The notes under the pieces: model-generated
Database searches by the model: none
What the model was told of the DNA's origin: nothing
Seen by the model: only the letters and a program-made list of their open reading frames with translations
In this document: one piece after another, positions 38,660 to 48,116 of the stretch
Numbering within the stretch: the stretch's first letter is position 1
Layout: every line of letters begins with the position of its first letter
Virus record (IMG/VR): IMGVR_UViG_3300010885_020782
Coordinates: 32,001-96,000 of that record
Strand: one strand, 5' to 3'
DNA: 64,000 bases
From: a virus
Program-made: the position numbers and the translations under genes

Positions 38660-40408
38660 TTATTCTCCTTCTGGTGCTGGTGCTTGTTCACCAGTTGCTT
38701 GGTCAAGAATTTGTTGGATATCTGTCGGGATAGGTGCAACTGATGCCGCCTGTTGTGCTTGCTTAACAGCATCCATAATCTCTGGAGCAAGTGCTTGAAG
38801 CATTGCCTCAGTAAGTTCAGGTGTAATTGCTCCACGCTCAGACAAAAGACGAAGCGCCATTTCATTTGAAGTAGGTGCATCTGCTGCTGAGAAACCGTGA
38901 GCACGACGCCATGCATCAAGTGAGATTGCATTACGGTCTAGACCACTATCTGCATCTGCTGCACGGTCATTGCGTGTTGCAACTGCTGATGGGTCATACC
39001 AAATAACAATCTTCTCAACATCGGTGACGCTATATCCCTGTGCAATAAGGTATGGGCGAAGATAAACAACTGTAAGAGCATCGCAGATGAGCAACATCAT
39101 TGGCTCAATGTGTGCCTTATACAGTGCTTCATCAATCTGAAGTGCGTTTGAATACTTAACGTTTGCAAGTCCTGTTACAACATCCTTTGGAACGTCTAGT
39201 CCTTGAAGGATTCTTTCTAGAACACGGTCTGAACGCTCTGCAAGTGATGGGTCAAATGAACGCTCGAACTTAAATTGCTTAATCTTGTCGCCAAGTTCTG
39301 CTGGACCACGAATAATAAGTGGAACAACTGCTGATGCTGACTCTTCATCACGAATTGGAGTCGTCATAGCATCAATTAATTGCTCTTCAAACTCATCCTC
39401 TGCCTCCTCGGCAGTAAAGTTTGGATTCAATTCATTATCTGAATCGTATGGCTGGTCTGGGTCGCCCTGTGCAGCAACTGATAAACCATCTGGAAGATAA
39501 AGTGCGCCAGCATTTAGGCGAGAGCGTGCTGTTGCACGGAATGTGCGGTTAAGAAGTAAAAGTTCTGCACACATATCAAGCAAACCGCGAAGTGATGAAT
39601 CTGCTTCGTCTGAGTAGCGTGGGTGTGAGCGCCAGATGCGTCCTACAAATGCATTCTTTGAAAGACGATTTGTTGCGTTGTTCTGATTCTGTCCGCCAGA
39701 AGATTGCTCACGGCGACCAATGATATTAAATCCACCACGAGCATCTGCCATAACTTCATCAACGGAACGAATATCCCAAGACTCAGGTAATCCTGAACCT
39801 GGACGCTCTGGCATTTGAACTAAGTAACATTCACCAGCAACTGAAAGATTAAGTGCTGCATCTTTAAGAAGACCAGCCTGTCCACCATATGCAGAATCAA
39901 GACGAGCAAGTGCACGTTCTGCTGCTGCTCCCAATCTTGGGTCAATCTGTGTAGATGACTTTACTGAAACTGGAGTTTCATGTGCATTCTCAATAACGGC
40001 AGAGTAAATACGAATACGAGATACAACAGATGCAACTAAGTTAAATGCATATTTGATTTCACCAATTGCGTCGTAATATTCCCAAGCCTCTGCTTGCCAT
40101 GCTGACGATGCAGCAGTGCGACGATGCTTAAACTGTTCGAACTCGCCCTTGTCATTAATCTTTACTTGGGCTGCTGCGGCAGTAAGTGTTCGTGGTGTTG
40201 AATAGTTAGCAGCCTGTGCTGAGTTTGGCTGAGATAAAAATACTGATGCTGCACCAGTTACTTTTGGTGTCTGACTTAAAACTACTTGACGAGAGCGACC
40301 TGTTTGTTTTGATTTATTAGTGCGCTTCTGTGGCTTTGCTTTAGGGGTGACGGGAGTAGAAACAACCTCGGCAGATTCGCCTTGTTCATCGCGCTTGAAA
40401 ACGCCCAC
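38660..40408 (-). CDS. portal protein
   Basis: WQAEAWEYYDAIGEIKY...VSRIRIY, IWRSHPR...ADS, LNAGALYLP and SAVVPLII actinophage portal motifs. Confidence 0.88.
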   Translation of the reverse strand: MGVFKRDEQGESAEVVSTPVTPKAKPQKRTNKSKQTGRSRQVVLSQTPKVTGAASVFLSQPNSAQAANYSTPRTLTAAAAQVKINDKGEFEQFKHRRTAASSAWQAEAWEYYDAIGEIKYAFNLVASVVSRIRIYSAVIENAHETPVSVKSSTQIDPRLGAAAERALARLDSAYGGQAGLLKDAALNLSVAGECYLVQMPERPGSGLPESWDIRSVDEVMADARGGFNIIGRREQSSGGQNQNNATNRLSKNAFVGRIWRSHPRYSDEADSSLRGLLDMCAELLLLNRTFRATARSRLNAGALYLPDGLSVAAQGDPDQPYDSDNELNPNFTAEEAEDEFEEQLIDAMTTPIRDEESASAVVPLIIRGPAELGDKIKQFKFERSFDPSLAERSDRVLERILQGLDVPKDVVTGLANVKYSNALQIDEALYKAHIEPMMLLICDALTVVYLRPYLIAQGYSVTDVEKIVIWYDPSAVATRNDRAADADSGLDRNAISLDAWRRAHGFSAADAPTSNEMALRLLSERGAITPELTEAMLQALAPEIMDAVKQAQQAASVAPIPTDIQQILDQATGEQAPAPEGE

Positions 40409-40446
40409 TTAAAACTCCTCGTCTTTGTTACGGAATACTGAGGACA

Positions 40447-40746
40447 TTATTTCTCCTCGTATGCAGTTAACAGCCCCGCAAGGGCAGACAGTGCGAACAC
40501 TGTTTGGATGCCCAATGTGATGCTGGGATTAATGATACGGGATATTTCAGATAGTGATGCGACCCAAATGGACGTACACCAAGTGCAAGTAAACCAGTAT
40601 CCAAACTTTGAAGTCTCAGGTGGAAACCTCTTCCATATCCTATCTCGGATTGGGTTAAAAAGGGTGTCTGTCGTAATAAATCTAGAGACTCTATAAACGG
40701 CTAATGCTGCTATTACAAAGGTAAGTGGCTCAGTCATTTTCGCCAT
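40447..40746 (-). CDS. DUF1360-like membrane protein
   Basis: LAVYRVSRFITTDTLF.PIR...GYWFTCTWCTSIW pattern with hydrophobic segments. Confidence 0.7.
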   Translation of the reverse strand: MAKMTEPLTFVIAALAVYRVSRFITTDTLFNPIRDRIWKRFPPETSKFGYWFTCTWCTSIWVASLSEISRIINPSITLGIQTVFALSALAGLLTAYEEK

Positions 40747-41098
40747 CCATAGCCATCAATATGTGCCCGTAAGGATTCCATGTCCTGAGTCTAGAGCCAC
40801 ATCCGCAGTTATCGTCCTTACGAAAGGAAACAATCTTTCCACTCTCGGTAATTACCCTGTGAATTTTCTGGTCATCTTTAATGTAGGAGTGGCACGCTTC
40901 ACGAAAGACAAGTTTTGCTCCCTCTGGGGAATCAACAGCAACCATCAACATATCGTTGAAAACCACAACGCGGCAACGGTCTAGACGTCGAGTTCCTTCA
41001 GGAGCAGCGCCTTTTGGAGTCAACTCCATATAATTTTCTAAGGAGCCTGGTTCGGCAAGAGCAATCACTGCTGGAAAGACATCTGCCTTAACGTTCAT
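40730..41098 (-). CDS. hypothetical protein with CGCGS motif
   Basis: Clean ORF in the operon. Confidence 0.6.
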   Translation of the reverse strand: MNVKADVFPAVIALAEPGSLENYMELTPKGAAPEGTRRLDRCRVVVFNDMLMVAVDSPEGAKLVFREACHSYIKDDQKIHRVITESGKIVSFRKDDNCGCGSRLRTWNPYGHILMAMDGEND

Positions 41099-41445
41099 TA
41101 TTTCTCCGTATATTCTGAAGGGATATGGAAATCTTGCCAGCCTAGAGCCTTTTTAGCAATCGTCAGCGGGACTAGCAAAGGTTTCTCCCTAGTTGCTCCA
41201 TTTTCTAGAACTAGCCAGAGGTCTAAATCTGATGGGTCGTGAGCCACAGGGCAGAACATCCACGACTGAATTTTTTGAAGTGTTTCTAAAGGAAATGCAA
41301 TAGGGATACTTGAATTATCTGTTGTAAGTGTTTCAAGAAGTCTAGCCTGAGAGCGTCCCTTTTTACGATTTGGATTAATCCAAACGGCAACAACTAACTC
41401 TGATTCAGAGTATGTTCCAGATGCTGTTTTATATACCCTAGCCAT
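41098..41445 (-). CDS. hypothetical protein
   Basis: Clean ORF coupled to both neighbours. Confidence 0.6.
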   Translation of the reverse strand: MARVYKTASGTYSESELVVAVWINPNRKKGRSQARLLETLTTDNSSIPIAFPLETLQKIQSWMFCPVAHDPSDLDLWLVLENGATREKPLLVPLTIAKKALGWQDFHIPSEYTEK

Positions 41446-41956
41446 TACTCAACCGCCGAGCCATTGCACGATAGGTAACTCCAGCCGCTTCTGCAATATC
41501 AGCAGCAGGAACCCCTCTGTGATAGAGCGTGAGCGATAGTTCTGTTAGTTCCCTATTTGCTTGGGCTAGCGGGCTATCGTTAGAAGTCTTGGCGCGATAG
41601 CGTTTTGCTAGCGCTGAGAGTTCCTGTAAGCGTGGTCTCAGTTCTAGAGGAACCGTAGGGGAAATAGAACGAGTTCTAGGGGTCCCCAGAAGTGGGGCAG
41701 AGACTGTAAGAGATTTTGGTGGTGGCATTGGTATCTGGCGACGCTGCTCTGTAGAGGGAGCGTTCTTTACCCAGAAATGCACAGTTGATTTTGGCTTGGC
41801 TGGTTTGATTGAGGAAGCAATAATTCCTAAAGACCAACCTGCTTCCCACAACGCTCGAAGGCGAGAATGAACTAGATTCGGGTCGAGAGCAGAGATAAAA
41901 CGAACCTCATCGTCGGGGAGTTTTACCTTCTGTTTCATTACCCTATTGTACAGCAT
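41438..41956 (-). CDS. helix-turn-helix DNA-binding protein (two HTH-like segments)
   Basis: LWEAGWSLGIIASS...KSTVHFWV and HRGVPAADIAEAAGVTYRAMARRL. First gene of the late/structural block. Confidence 0.7.
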   Translation of the reverse strand: MLYNRVMKQKVKLPDDEVRFISALDPNLVHSRLRALWEAGWSLGIIASSIKPAKPKSTVHFWVKNAPSTEQRRQIPMPPPKSLTVSAPLLGTPRTRSISPTVPLELRPRLQELSALAKRYRAKTSNDSPLAQANRELTELSLTLYHRGVPAADIAEAAGVTYRAMARRLSNG

Positions 41957-42655
41957 TTTAAAAAGCCGTACAGGGATGGGCTAAGACTATTGGACGAAAG
42001 CATTGAAACTATGAACCTTTCCATTAAATGCTTTTGGCCTGTGAGAAGGTACCGCTTATATTTGGGGTCTTTCCAAATCGTTTCCGGGAAAATAACATTT
42101 TGTTATCAAAACTTTTGTTTTGTAACTTTTTGTTATAGAAAGGCAAGGGCATATAGATTTTATTTTATTTATATAACAAAAAGTTATTTTTTAACATAAC
42201 TAATGTGTATCAACAAACTTGAGTCAATGCGACTCAACTTTCTTATGAACTATGACTCAAGGTGGGTCTTAGTTATTTATTTATCTATCTAATAGGCTTG
42301 CTTAGGTCTAATAACTATAAACAACTTCTCAAAGTAAAGGCTTGCCAAGATGTCTAGTAAGAAATCTAAAGCAAGGTAGTCAAGTAATAATTTCTAGCAG
42401 GGGGGTGGGGGTCTAGATATATGTAACAGGTCTTTACTTGTCTAGGCTCTAACAGGGGGGTAGGTCTGCCTAGAAAAGTAAAGGGGGTAGTAGGTATCTA
42501 ATAACTTTACTACTCATTAGTAACATAGGATGGAAATGTGGGGTAAATCACAGGGGAGATAGTGCTAATGGTCTTGCGTTATCTCTATGCAGATGTAATA
42601 CTTTAGACATACAGAAACCGCAGGGGTTATGTATAGAAAAGAAAAGGGGAAACAA

Positions 42656-42910
42656 ATGTCAGCATATGGAACCGCAGTTACTATCAAGGGAACTACTTAC
42701 CGCTACATCATTGACACAAAAGAGCAGGTAAGAGAACTTCTACTAGGTGCTACCGCACCTATCGAGAAGGTAGAAATCCAAGAAGAAACTCGCGGAGAAC
42801 CTCACCGCGAGATGAGTGCAGAGGAAATCCTTTACCTCGTCCTCAATCACCCAACACCCGCAGAGGTTGAAGAGAAAGATGTCGTAGTCCTAGCGACTAC
42901 ATCAGCCTAA
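42656..42910 (+). CDS. cassette hypothetical protein
   Basis: Own promoter, RBS AAAGGGGA and terminator. Confidence 0.75.
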   Translation: MSAYGTAVTIKGTTYRYIIDTKEQVRELLLGATAPIEKVEIQEETRGEPHREMSAEEILYLVLNHPTPAEVEEKDVVVLATTSA

Positions 42911-42922
42911 AGAGTTACAGAG

Positions 42923-42950
42923 AAGCCCCCGCAGAAATGTGGGGGTTTTT
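42923..42950 (+). terminator. intrinsic terminator
   Basis: AAGCCCCCGCA...TGTGGGGGTTTTT. Confidence 0.8.
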
Positions 42951-43055
42951 CTATGTGGTGCAACTCACACGAAATAGGAAAGAAAAATCGTCAATGAACT
43001 TGCACTATCCGTAAAAAGATTATATGCTTAGGCTAACAAAGAAAGGGGGAACAAA

Positions 43056-43277
43056 ATGTCAGTAGTTGAAATCCAAGTCAGCCCGCTACAACTCTTCATC
43101 TTGAAGCAGGGTCTAGAACTTGAAATCAAAACGGAATTGCGTATGCAAATGTCCGCAGAGTCAAGCCTAAAGGCGTTCAAGCGTCTAACAGGTATTGACA
43201 CAGGCAGAGGTCTAAAGGGTCGTGAAAAGGCTCTAGACATAGTTATAGACTTCCTGAAGCAAGTAGGGGAAGAATAA
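43056..43277 (+). CDS. cassette hypothetical protein
   Basis: Own promoter, RBS and terminator. Confidence 0.75.
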   Translation: MSVVEIQVSPLQLFILKQGLELEIKTELRMQMSAESSLKAFKRLTGIDTGRGLKGREKALDIVIDFLKQVGEE

Positions 43278-43288
43278 GTCTGGAAAGG

Positions 43289-43316
43289 AAAGCCCCCCGC
43301 AAGGGGGGTTTTCTCT
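43289..43316 (+). terminator. intrinsic terminator
   Basis: CCCCCC-GCAA-GGGGGG followed by TTTTCTC. Confidence 0.8.
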
Positions 43317-43546
43317 TGCAGGAAAAGACAGGTAAAAAGTAAAAACTTGCGAGCGCAAAGTTATCCACACCCTGTGGATAACTTTCACTTCCCAACAACT
43401 TCCGCAGGGGTGCAAATGTGTGGTGCAACTCACACGACATTTTTAATCTTTTTTGCCAAATGTGGTTGCGTTACCCGTAGCCAACCCTTATACTTCAGTT
43501 AGTGGAAATCGCAAGGGGCGATGGATACAAAGGGGAGATGATAGAA

Positions 43547-43921
43547 ATGTCTTACGGCTCATTTCACAATCTACTTGCTGGGAACAGTAAGTCCCTTACC
43601 GAAATTGAAATCGGTATGGGCGCAACACAAATCGGCTGGTCTGACCGCTACGCCTACACAGTAGTAGGGTTCGAGCGTTTCAAGACAGGTGCAAAGGCTG
43701 GACAAATAAAGGCAGTAATTGCCACTCGCGACATTGCAAAGCGCACAGACTCAAACGGCTACTACACAGAGAGCCAAGATTACGAGTTCACTACCAATCC
43801 AAACGCTAAGCAAGAACGCTACACACTCCGCAAAGATGGTCGCTTTATGCGTGAAGGCGCAACTAATTCAGGCGTTCTCCTAGTCGGTGTGCGAATGGAA
43901 TACTTCGACCCACACTTCTAA
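43547..43921 (+). CDS. cassette hypothetical protein
   Basis: GMGAT..GWSDRYAYTVV motif. A leaderless GTG start at 43502 is an alternative. Confidence 0.75.
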   Translation: MSYGSFHNLLAGNSKSLTEIEIGMGATQIGWSDRYAYTVVGFERFKTGAKAGQIKAVIATRDIAKRTDSNGYYTESQDYEFTTNPNAKQERYTLRKDGRFMREGATNSGVLLVGVRMEYFDPHF

Positions 43922-43932
43922 AGTCGGAAAGG

Positions 43933-43963
43933 AAGCCCCCTCGGAAGAGGGGGTTTCTTTTTT
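43933..43963 (+). terminator. intrinsic terminator
   Basis: CCCCCTC-GGAA-GAGGGGG followed by a T-tract. Confidence 0.85.
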
Positions 43964-44144
43964 GCTGGAAAAATTAAAACTATGTAAAAAGTAAAAACTT
44001 GCGAGCGTCAAAAAATGTGATGCAACTCACACCAGCACATCTAAACAATTTTCCCAAATGGTCTTGCAACTACTCAACTAATTAGATACACTTAGACCAA
44101 GAAGCCAAGCCACAGGGGGCAAGGCAACTAACAAAGGGAAGCAA

Positions 44145-44408
44145 ATGTCTAAACTAATCACAGACGCAGAACTAATCGCAGTAATGAACGGCACAAACAA
44201 AGACGGAAAGAAAGTCTTTCTTGCACTTTTTGAGCCACGAAAGAACTCACTTCCACAAATGGACGGACGCTCCGTAACCTTCCACGCAGACACTAAGGCA
44301 GAGGCAGAACGCCTAGCCAAAGAATACGGCAGAAGGATTTTGGATAGACGCTTAGCGTATCTAATGTCTTGCGAGGTTGAGGAAGCCCGCTACGGACTTC
44401 GCTACTAA
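44145..44408 (+). CDS. cassette hypothetical protein
   Basis: Own promoter, RBS AAAGGGA and terminator. Confidence 0.75.
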   Translation: MSKLITDAELIAVMNGTNKDGKKVFLALFEPRKNSLPQMDGRSVTFHADTKAEAERLAKEYGRRILDRRLAYLMSCEVEEARYGLRY

Positions 44409-44418
44409 AGTTAGCGAG

Positions 44419-44450
44419 AAGCCCCCGAGAAATCGGGGGTTTCTTTTTTT
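44419..44450 (+). terminator. intrinsic terminator
   Basis: CCCCCGA-GAAA-TCGGGGG followed by a T-tract. Confidence 0.85.
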
Positions 44451-44612
44451 GCATTTTATTTTTTGATTTTGAGTAAAAAGTAAAAACTTAGTGGCTAGTG
44501 CTCGCAACTTCCAAACAACTTTTAGACACCGCACAGGGGGTGGAGAGAAATGGGCTTGCATTGTTGCAACATATCTTGTATGCTATATCTACCAACTACG
44601 AAAGGAAACAAA

Positions 44613-44906
44613 ATGCAATTCACAATTGACCCGCAACTAGGTTCAGGCACTTCACTCAAAGGTTATGTAACTTCAACACTTGCAGAACTTATTGAAACCT
44701 TCGGAGAGCCCGAATACTTCGCAGAGGGCGACAAAGTAACAGTAGAGTGGTCAATCCTTTTTGATAACGGCACAGTCGCAACAATCTACGACTGGAAGCG
44801 TTACGAGATGGGAAGACCTGCACTCACCGAGGTATTCCAATACAACATTGGCGGACACGACCACGAGGCAGTAACGCTAGTAAAAAAGGCACTCCGCAAG
44901 GGGTAG
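44613..44906 (+). CDS. conserved phage hypothetical protein
   Basis: GTSLKGY...FGEP...DKVTVEW...ATIYDWK...NIGG pattern. Confidence 0.75.
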   Translation: MQFTIDPQLGSGTSLKGYVTSTLAELIETFGEPEYFAEGDKVTVEWSILFDNGTVATIYDWKRYEMGRPALTEVFQYNIGGHDHEAVTLVKKALRKG

Positions 44907-44973
44907 TCTCCCGACTTGCAATCAGTAATCCTATGGGTTATGCTTGCTATAAGACAAACTACGAAAGGAACAA

Positions 44974-45585
44974 ATGACAACAGAGACAACGAAAAACGCT
45001 ATACCGAAACGAGTTACATATAAAATTGTGGCTAGTGGGGAAGGAAAAATCATCAAGCGAAAGCAAGAACTTCCGCAAGATGTATTAGATATCTTCAAGG
45101 GTATTAGCGACATAAAGCAACGCAACCAATACATAATTGCATTGGGCGAGGCTGGCTGGACGGACTCTTCTATTGCAAGGGCAGTAGATGTTTCACGGGA
45201 ACGAGTAAGGCAACTTGCTCAACAAACAACGAGCGACACTTCTCTCATTGGTGATTTACCAATCCCAAAGCCACCGCGAGAAACAAAGTATTCTAAAGTC
45301 TATCCCGAACTTCCAAAAGAAATGCTTGACAGACTATTAGAACTAAAACCACTTGCCCAACAGGTAAGAGGACACGGCAAGATGTATCGTGCAGAGGCAG
45401 ATGAATACACCTACCTTCTCAATCAAGCAATAACAACTCAAGGCATTTCCGTATATCGTCTTGCAAAGTTATTGGGTGTAACTATTGGTGCAATCCAATT
45501 CCGCTTGACACGATACGGCTACCGAACAACAACAGGAAAAAGTAAGTGCTTCCAACCAATTCTAGAAAAGAACCGCCGTGGCTAA
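44974..45585 (+). CDS. double helix-turn-helix DNA-binding protein
   Basis: GWTDSSIARAVDVSRERVRQL and GISVYRLAKLLGVTIGAIQFRL. Confidence 0.8.
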   Translation: MTTETTKNAIPKRVTYKIVASGEGKIIKRKQELPQDVLDIFKGISDIKQRNQYIIALGEAGWTDSSIARAVDVSRERVRQLAQQTTSDTSLIGDLPIPKPPRETKYSKVYPELPKEMLDRLLELKPLAQQVRGHGKMYRAEADEYTYLLNQAITTQGISVYRLAKLLGVTIGAIQFRLTRYGYRTTTGKSKCFQPILEKNRRG

Positions 45586-45697
45586 ACCGCAACAATGTAG
45601 TAAATGTCAGGCGTGGTTCAATCCTAAGTTCGGTGGTGGTGGAGAGGGGTTATGTAAACCCTGCCACTATATTGAAATGAAGAAGGACAAAGAGTAA
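45578..45697 (+). CDS. 39-aa CxxC...CxxC microprotein
   Basis: Manual translation: MAKPQQCSKCQAWFNPKFGGGGEGLCKPCHYIEMKKDKE. Confidence 0.5.
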   Translation: MAKPQQCSKCQAWFNPKFGGGGEGLCKPCHYIEMKKDKE

Positions 45698-45847
45698 ATG
45701 AAAGAGTTAGACGACCACGAGTTTCTTGGTGCTTGTCCAAAGTGCCAACAACTTATACAAGGTGCAGAGGTGTATGACCGCGAGCGTGGGTGGATTACAG
45801 TATGGATTCACGCACACTCAAGACGAAGGCTCTGCTTAGTGGCATAA
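45698..45847 (+). CDS. 49-aa Cys/His microprotein
   Basis: MKELDDHEFLGACPKCQ...WIHAHSRRRLCLVA; follows the previous stop directly. Confidence 0.5.
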   Translation: MKELDDHEFLGACPKCQQLIQGAEVYDRERGWITVWIHAHSRRRLCLVA

Positions 45848-45883
45848 GAAAACCCCCTAGACGAATAATCTAGGGGGATTCTT
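45847..45883. terminator. bidirectional terminator at convergent junction
   Basis: AAGAAAA-CCCCCTAGA...TCTAGGGGG-ATTCTT between convergent genes. Confidence 0.75.
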
Positions 45884-45892
45884 ATTTATAAA

Positions 45893-46195
45893 CTAATCAG
45901 CAGACTTACGCTTATCTACAAGCGAAAAGGCTTCGTTGATTTCAGATGTAGTCAATTTTCCATCAGCAAGGTAGGCACGGGATAGAGCCTCTACAACAGT
46001 AGCGACACCCAAACCACCCGCAAGGGCAATAGATTTCCAAACTTCAATACCAAACAAAGAACCTGCTCCGACCACTGATAGTCCCGAGGCAGCGAAAGTA
46101 GCGATGACGCGACCAATGAGCATTTTTGCTTTCTCAATAGCCTTGTCGTCCCGACTTACTTCAACCTCTCCTTTTGCTTTTGCCATTTGTGCCGT
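45893..46195 (-). CDS. putative holin-like membrane protein
   Basis: Two hydrophobic segments and a charged C-terminus. ATG start (MAKAKG) follows GGAAGG. Confidence 0.5.
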   Translation of the reverse strand, partial: TAQMAKAKGEVEVSRDDKAIEKAKMLIGRVIATFAASGLSVVGAGSLFGIEVWKSIALAGGLGVATVVEALSRAYLADGKLTTSEINEAFSLVDKRKSAD

Positions 46196-46289
46196 CCTTC
46201 CTTGTCCTGCACAGAGCGTAAAAAGTAAAAACAACGCTCGGCTAGTCAATTTTAGATGACCAACCGAGCGTTGATTATTGAAAAGGTGT

Positions 46290-46721
46290 TTAGGCTACGA
46301 CTTCTACCGCAGTGTTCTTGAATAACTTAGTAATAAGTTTCTCATCTAGGACGAGTTCTTGGGTAGAACAACCACAAAAGTCAGCAAGGGCTTTTTTAGT
46401 TCCTTCGCTTAGGTGTCCGCGACTATCAGAACCTGCGTCATCAAACCCGAGAACAATAAGTTGTTCTTGAACTAAGGCGACAGACGCAGAGTTGTGAGCA
46501 AACTTGTTTCCAAGCGCAGACAACGAAACAACTCCCGCAGTTGTTGAAACAACAGCAGGGGACTTTTTACTTTTTACTACTGGTTCAGGCTCGACAGCCA
46601 CAGCAAGAACAGGGGCAGGTTCTTCAACCACAGCCACAACCTCTACAACGGCGTCAGAAGCCTTTACTACTTCAGGCTCTACCGCAGGGGTAAAGACACT
46701 ATAAAGGTCTTCATTACTCAT
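46290..46721 (-). CDS. protein with C-terminal peptidoglycan-binding-like domain
   Basis: SASVALVQEQL..LGF...G.L..GTKKALADF resembles PG_binding_1. Confidence 0.5.
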   Translation of the reverse strand: MSNEDLYSVFTPAVEPEVVKASDAVVEVVAVVEEPAPVLAVAVEPEPVVKSKKSPAVVSTTAGVVSLSALGNKFAHNSASVALVQEQLIVLGFDDAGSDSRGHLSEGTKKALADFCGCSTQELVLDEKLITKLFKNTAVEVVA

Positions 46722-47310
46722 TTACGACTCCTTCAGGGAACTTGGCATACCACTCTTTGAATCTAATCTCATCACTATTTGTGAGAGTGCCAGAGATTTT
46801 CCAAGCAGTCCAATCATCTCCACCACCGCTCATATGAAAGGCGACTTGAGCATTGACTACTGGGTCAAAGAGTTCTACATTGCTATTGAGGTCAAACTTG
46901 TCTCGGCGTGTAACACCAAGACCACCAATCATATTGATTTGGAATATGCCATAAGACGAATCGCCTGTTCTCCTATTGCCATTGAAGGCTAGAGGGCGAC
47001 CATTAGACTCCTTCTTGACAACAGCCCAAGCAGTTCTAAGGGCTTTACCCTCAAAACCAACCGCGTGAAGCAGTCTGGCTAGGTCTTCATCAGTCAGGGT
47101 TGTCTTTTGCTCGGAGAACTTCTTGAGTTCTAGCAAGCGTATTTCTTCATTCTTCTTTGCTATTTCAGCCTCTACCGAAGCGATAGATACTGGCATAGGT
47201 TTTTGCTCGGCTCTGGAACTTTGAACAAAGGTAGAAAATACCGATAGAAGAATGACCGAGATGACCACACTTACTATTTGTTCAACAGTCTTACTTTCGA
47301 GTTTCTGCAT
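46714..47310 (-). CDS. lytic transglycosylase (SLT/lysozyme-like) with N-terminal signal/TM segment
   Basis: AWAVVKKESNG (catalytic E), SYGIFQIN, LFDPVVNAQVA and WTAW. Confidence 0.85.
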   Translation of the reverse strand: MQKLESKTVEQIVSVVISVILLSVFSTFVQSSRAEQKPMPVSIASVEAEIAKKNEEIRLLELKKFSEQKTTLTDEDLARLLHAVGFEGKALRTAWAVVKKESNGRPLAFNGNRRTGDSSYGIFQINMIGGLGVTRRDKFDLNSNVELFDPVVNAQVAFHMSGGGDDWTAWKISGTLTNSDEIRFKEWYAKFPEGVVNE

Positions 47311-47499
47311 TGATTATTCCTTTGTTAGGGGACAGGACAAGGTGGCTACTTAGCCCACCTGTATCACCCGCTCTGGGGAGATAGGTATTGCGACCTACTT
47401 TCTAATGCGTCTTGCATCATTTCTACTAGACCACCTTAGCACACTAAAGTCAGGAAAGTCGCCCCCAAGCAGGGTCAGAGGCGACCTTCCATCATAGAG

Positions 47500-47916
47500 T
47501 TACTTGGTGTAGCCAAACGCCTTACGGCACTCCGGCCCTAGGGATAACTCACGACTACGCTCATCAGTGAGTTCAGCACCGCACTTTGCACAGCAACGAT
47601 AGTGCTCACCAAAGATACGAGCGTATTTGTGAGGGTCAGAAGCCAAGATACGCACAAACGCAAGCGTGTCGAGCGCATTAGGCTTGATACGGGTAAAAGA
47701 ACCAATAGAACCTAACAACTTGCGTAGGTATGTGGTCTTCTTGAACTCACGAACCTCTACAAACAGTAGGTCTCCGTGAATTTTATCCGCTAAGAAGTCC
47801 GAAATAATCTCGGAAGTTGGGATAGCGTATTTAGATTTAGGAAGTTTAGAAAGTGCCTCATAAAGTTCCGCCCATTCGGACTTAGAAGGCAATCTTGTTG
47901 CAACTTGAGTATTCAT
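47500..47916 (-). CDS. DUF6011-like Zn-binding protein
   Basis: C-terminal CAKCGAELTDERSRELSLGPEC. Confidence 0.65.
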   Translation of the reverse strand: MNTQVATRLPSKSEWAELYEALSKLPKSKYAIPTSEIISDFLADKIHGDLLFVEVREFKKTTYLRKLLGSIGSFTRIKPNALDTLAFVRILASDPHKYARIFGEHYRCCAKCGAELTDERSRELSLGPECRKAFGYTK

Positions 47917-48116
47917 TTGATACCCCCCTTTCAAGACAAAGCATATAACACTCCATCATAGAAGTCAAGGGCAATTAGAAAGGAATCAGGAAGAAGTTGT
48001 TGGGAAGTTGTGAAACCTGGCGAGCGCGAGGGCTTGGAGATACGCATAAAAAGTAAAAACTTACCCGCACAAAAAGAAACCCCGCACAAGGCGGGGCTTC
48101 TTCGTGGCAAAGTTAT

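Noticed and set aside
47311-47490. c-di-AMP (ydaO) riboswitch ahead of the SLT gene
   Set aside because: It lacks the GGGGTGAAT and CCCGTCAGCTAAC hallmarks. Kept only as a generic structured leader.
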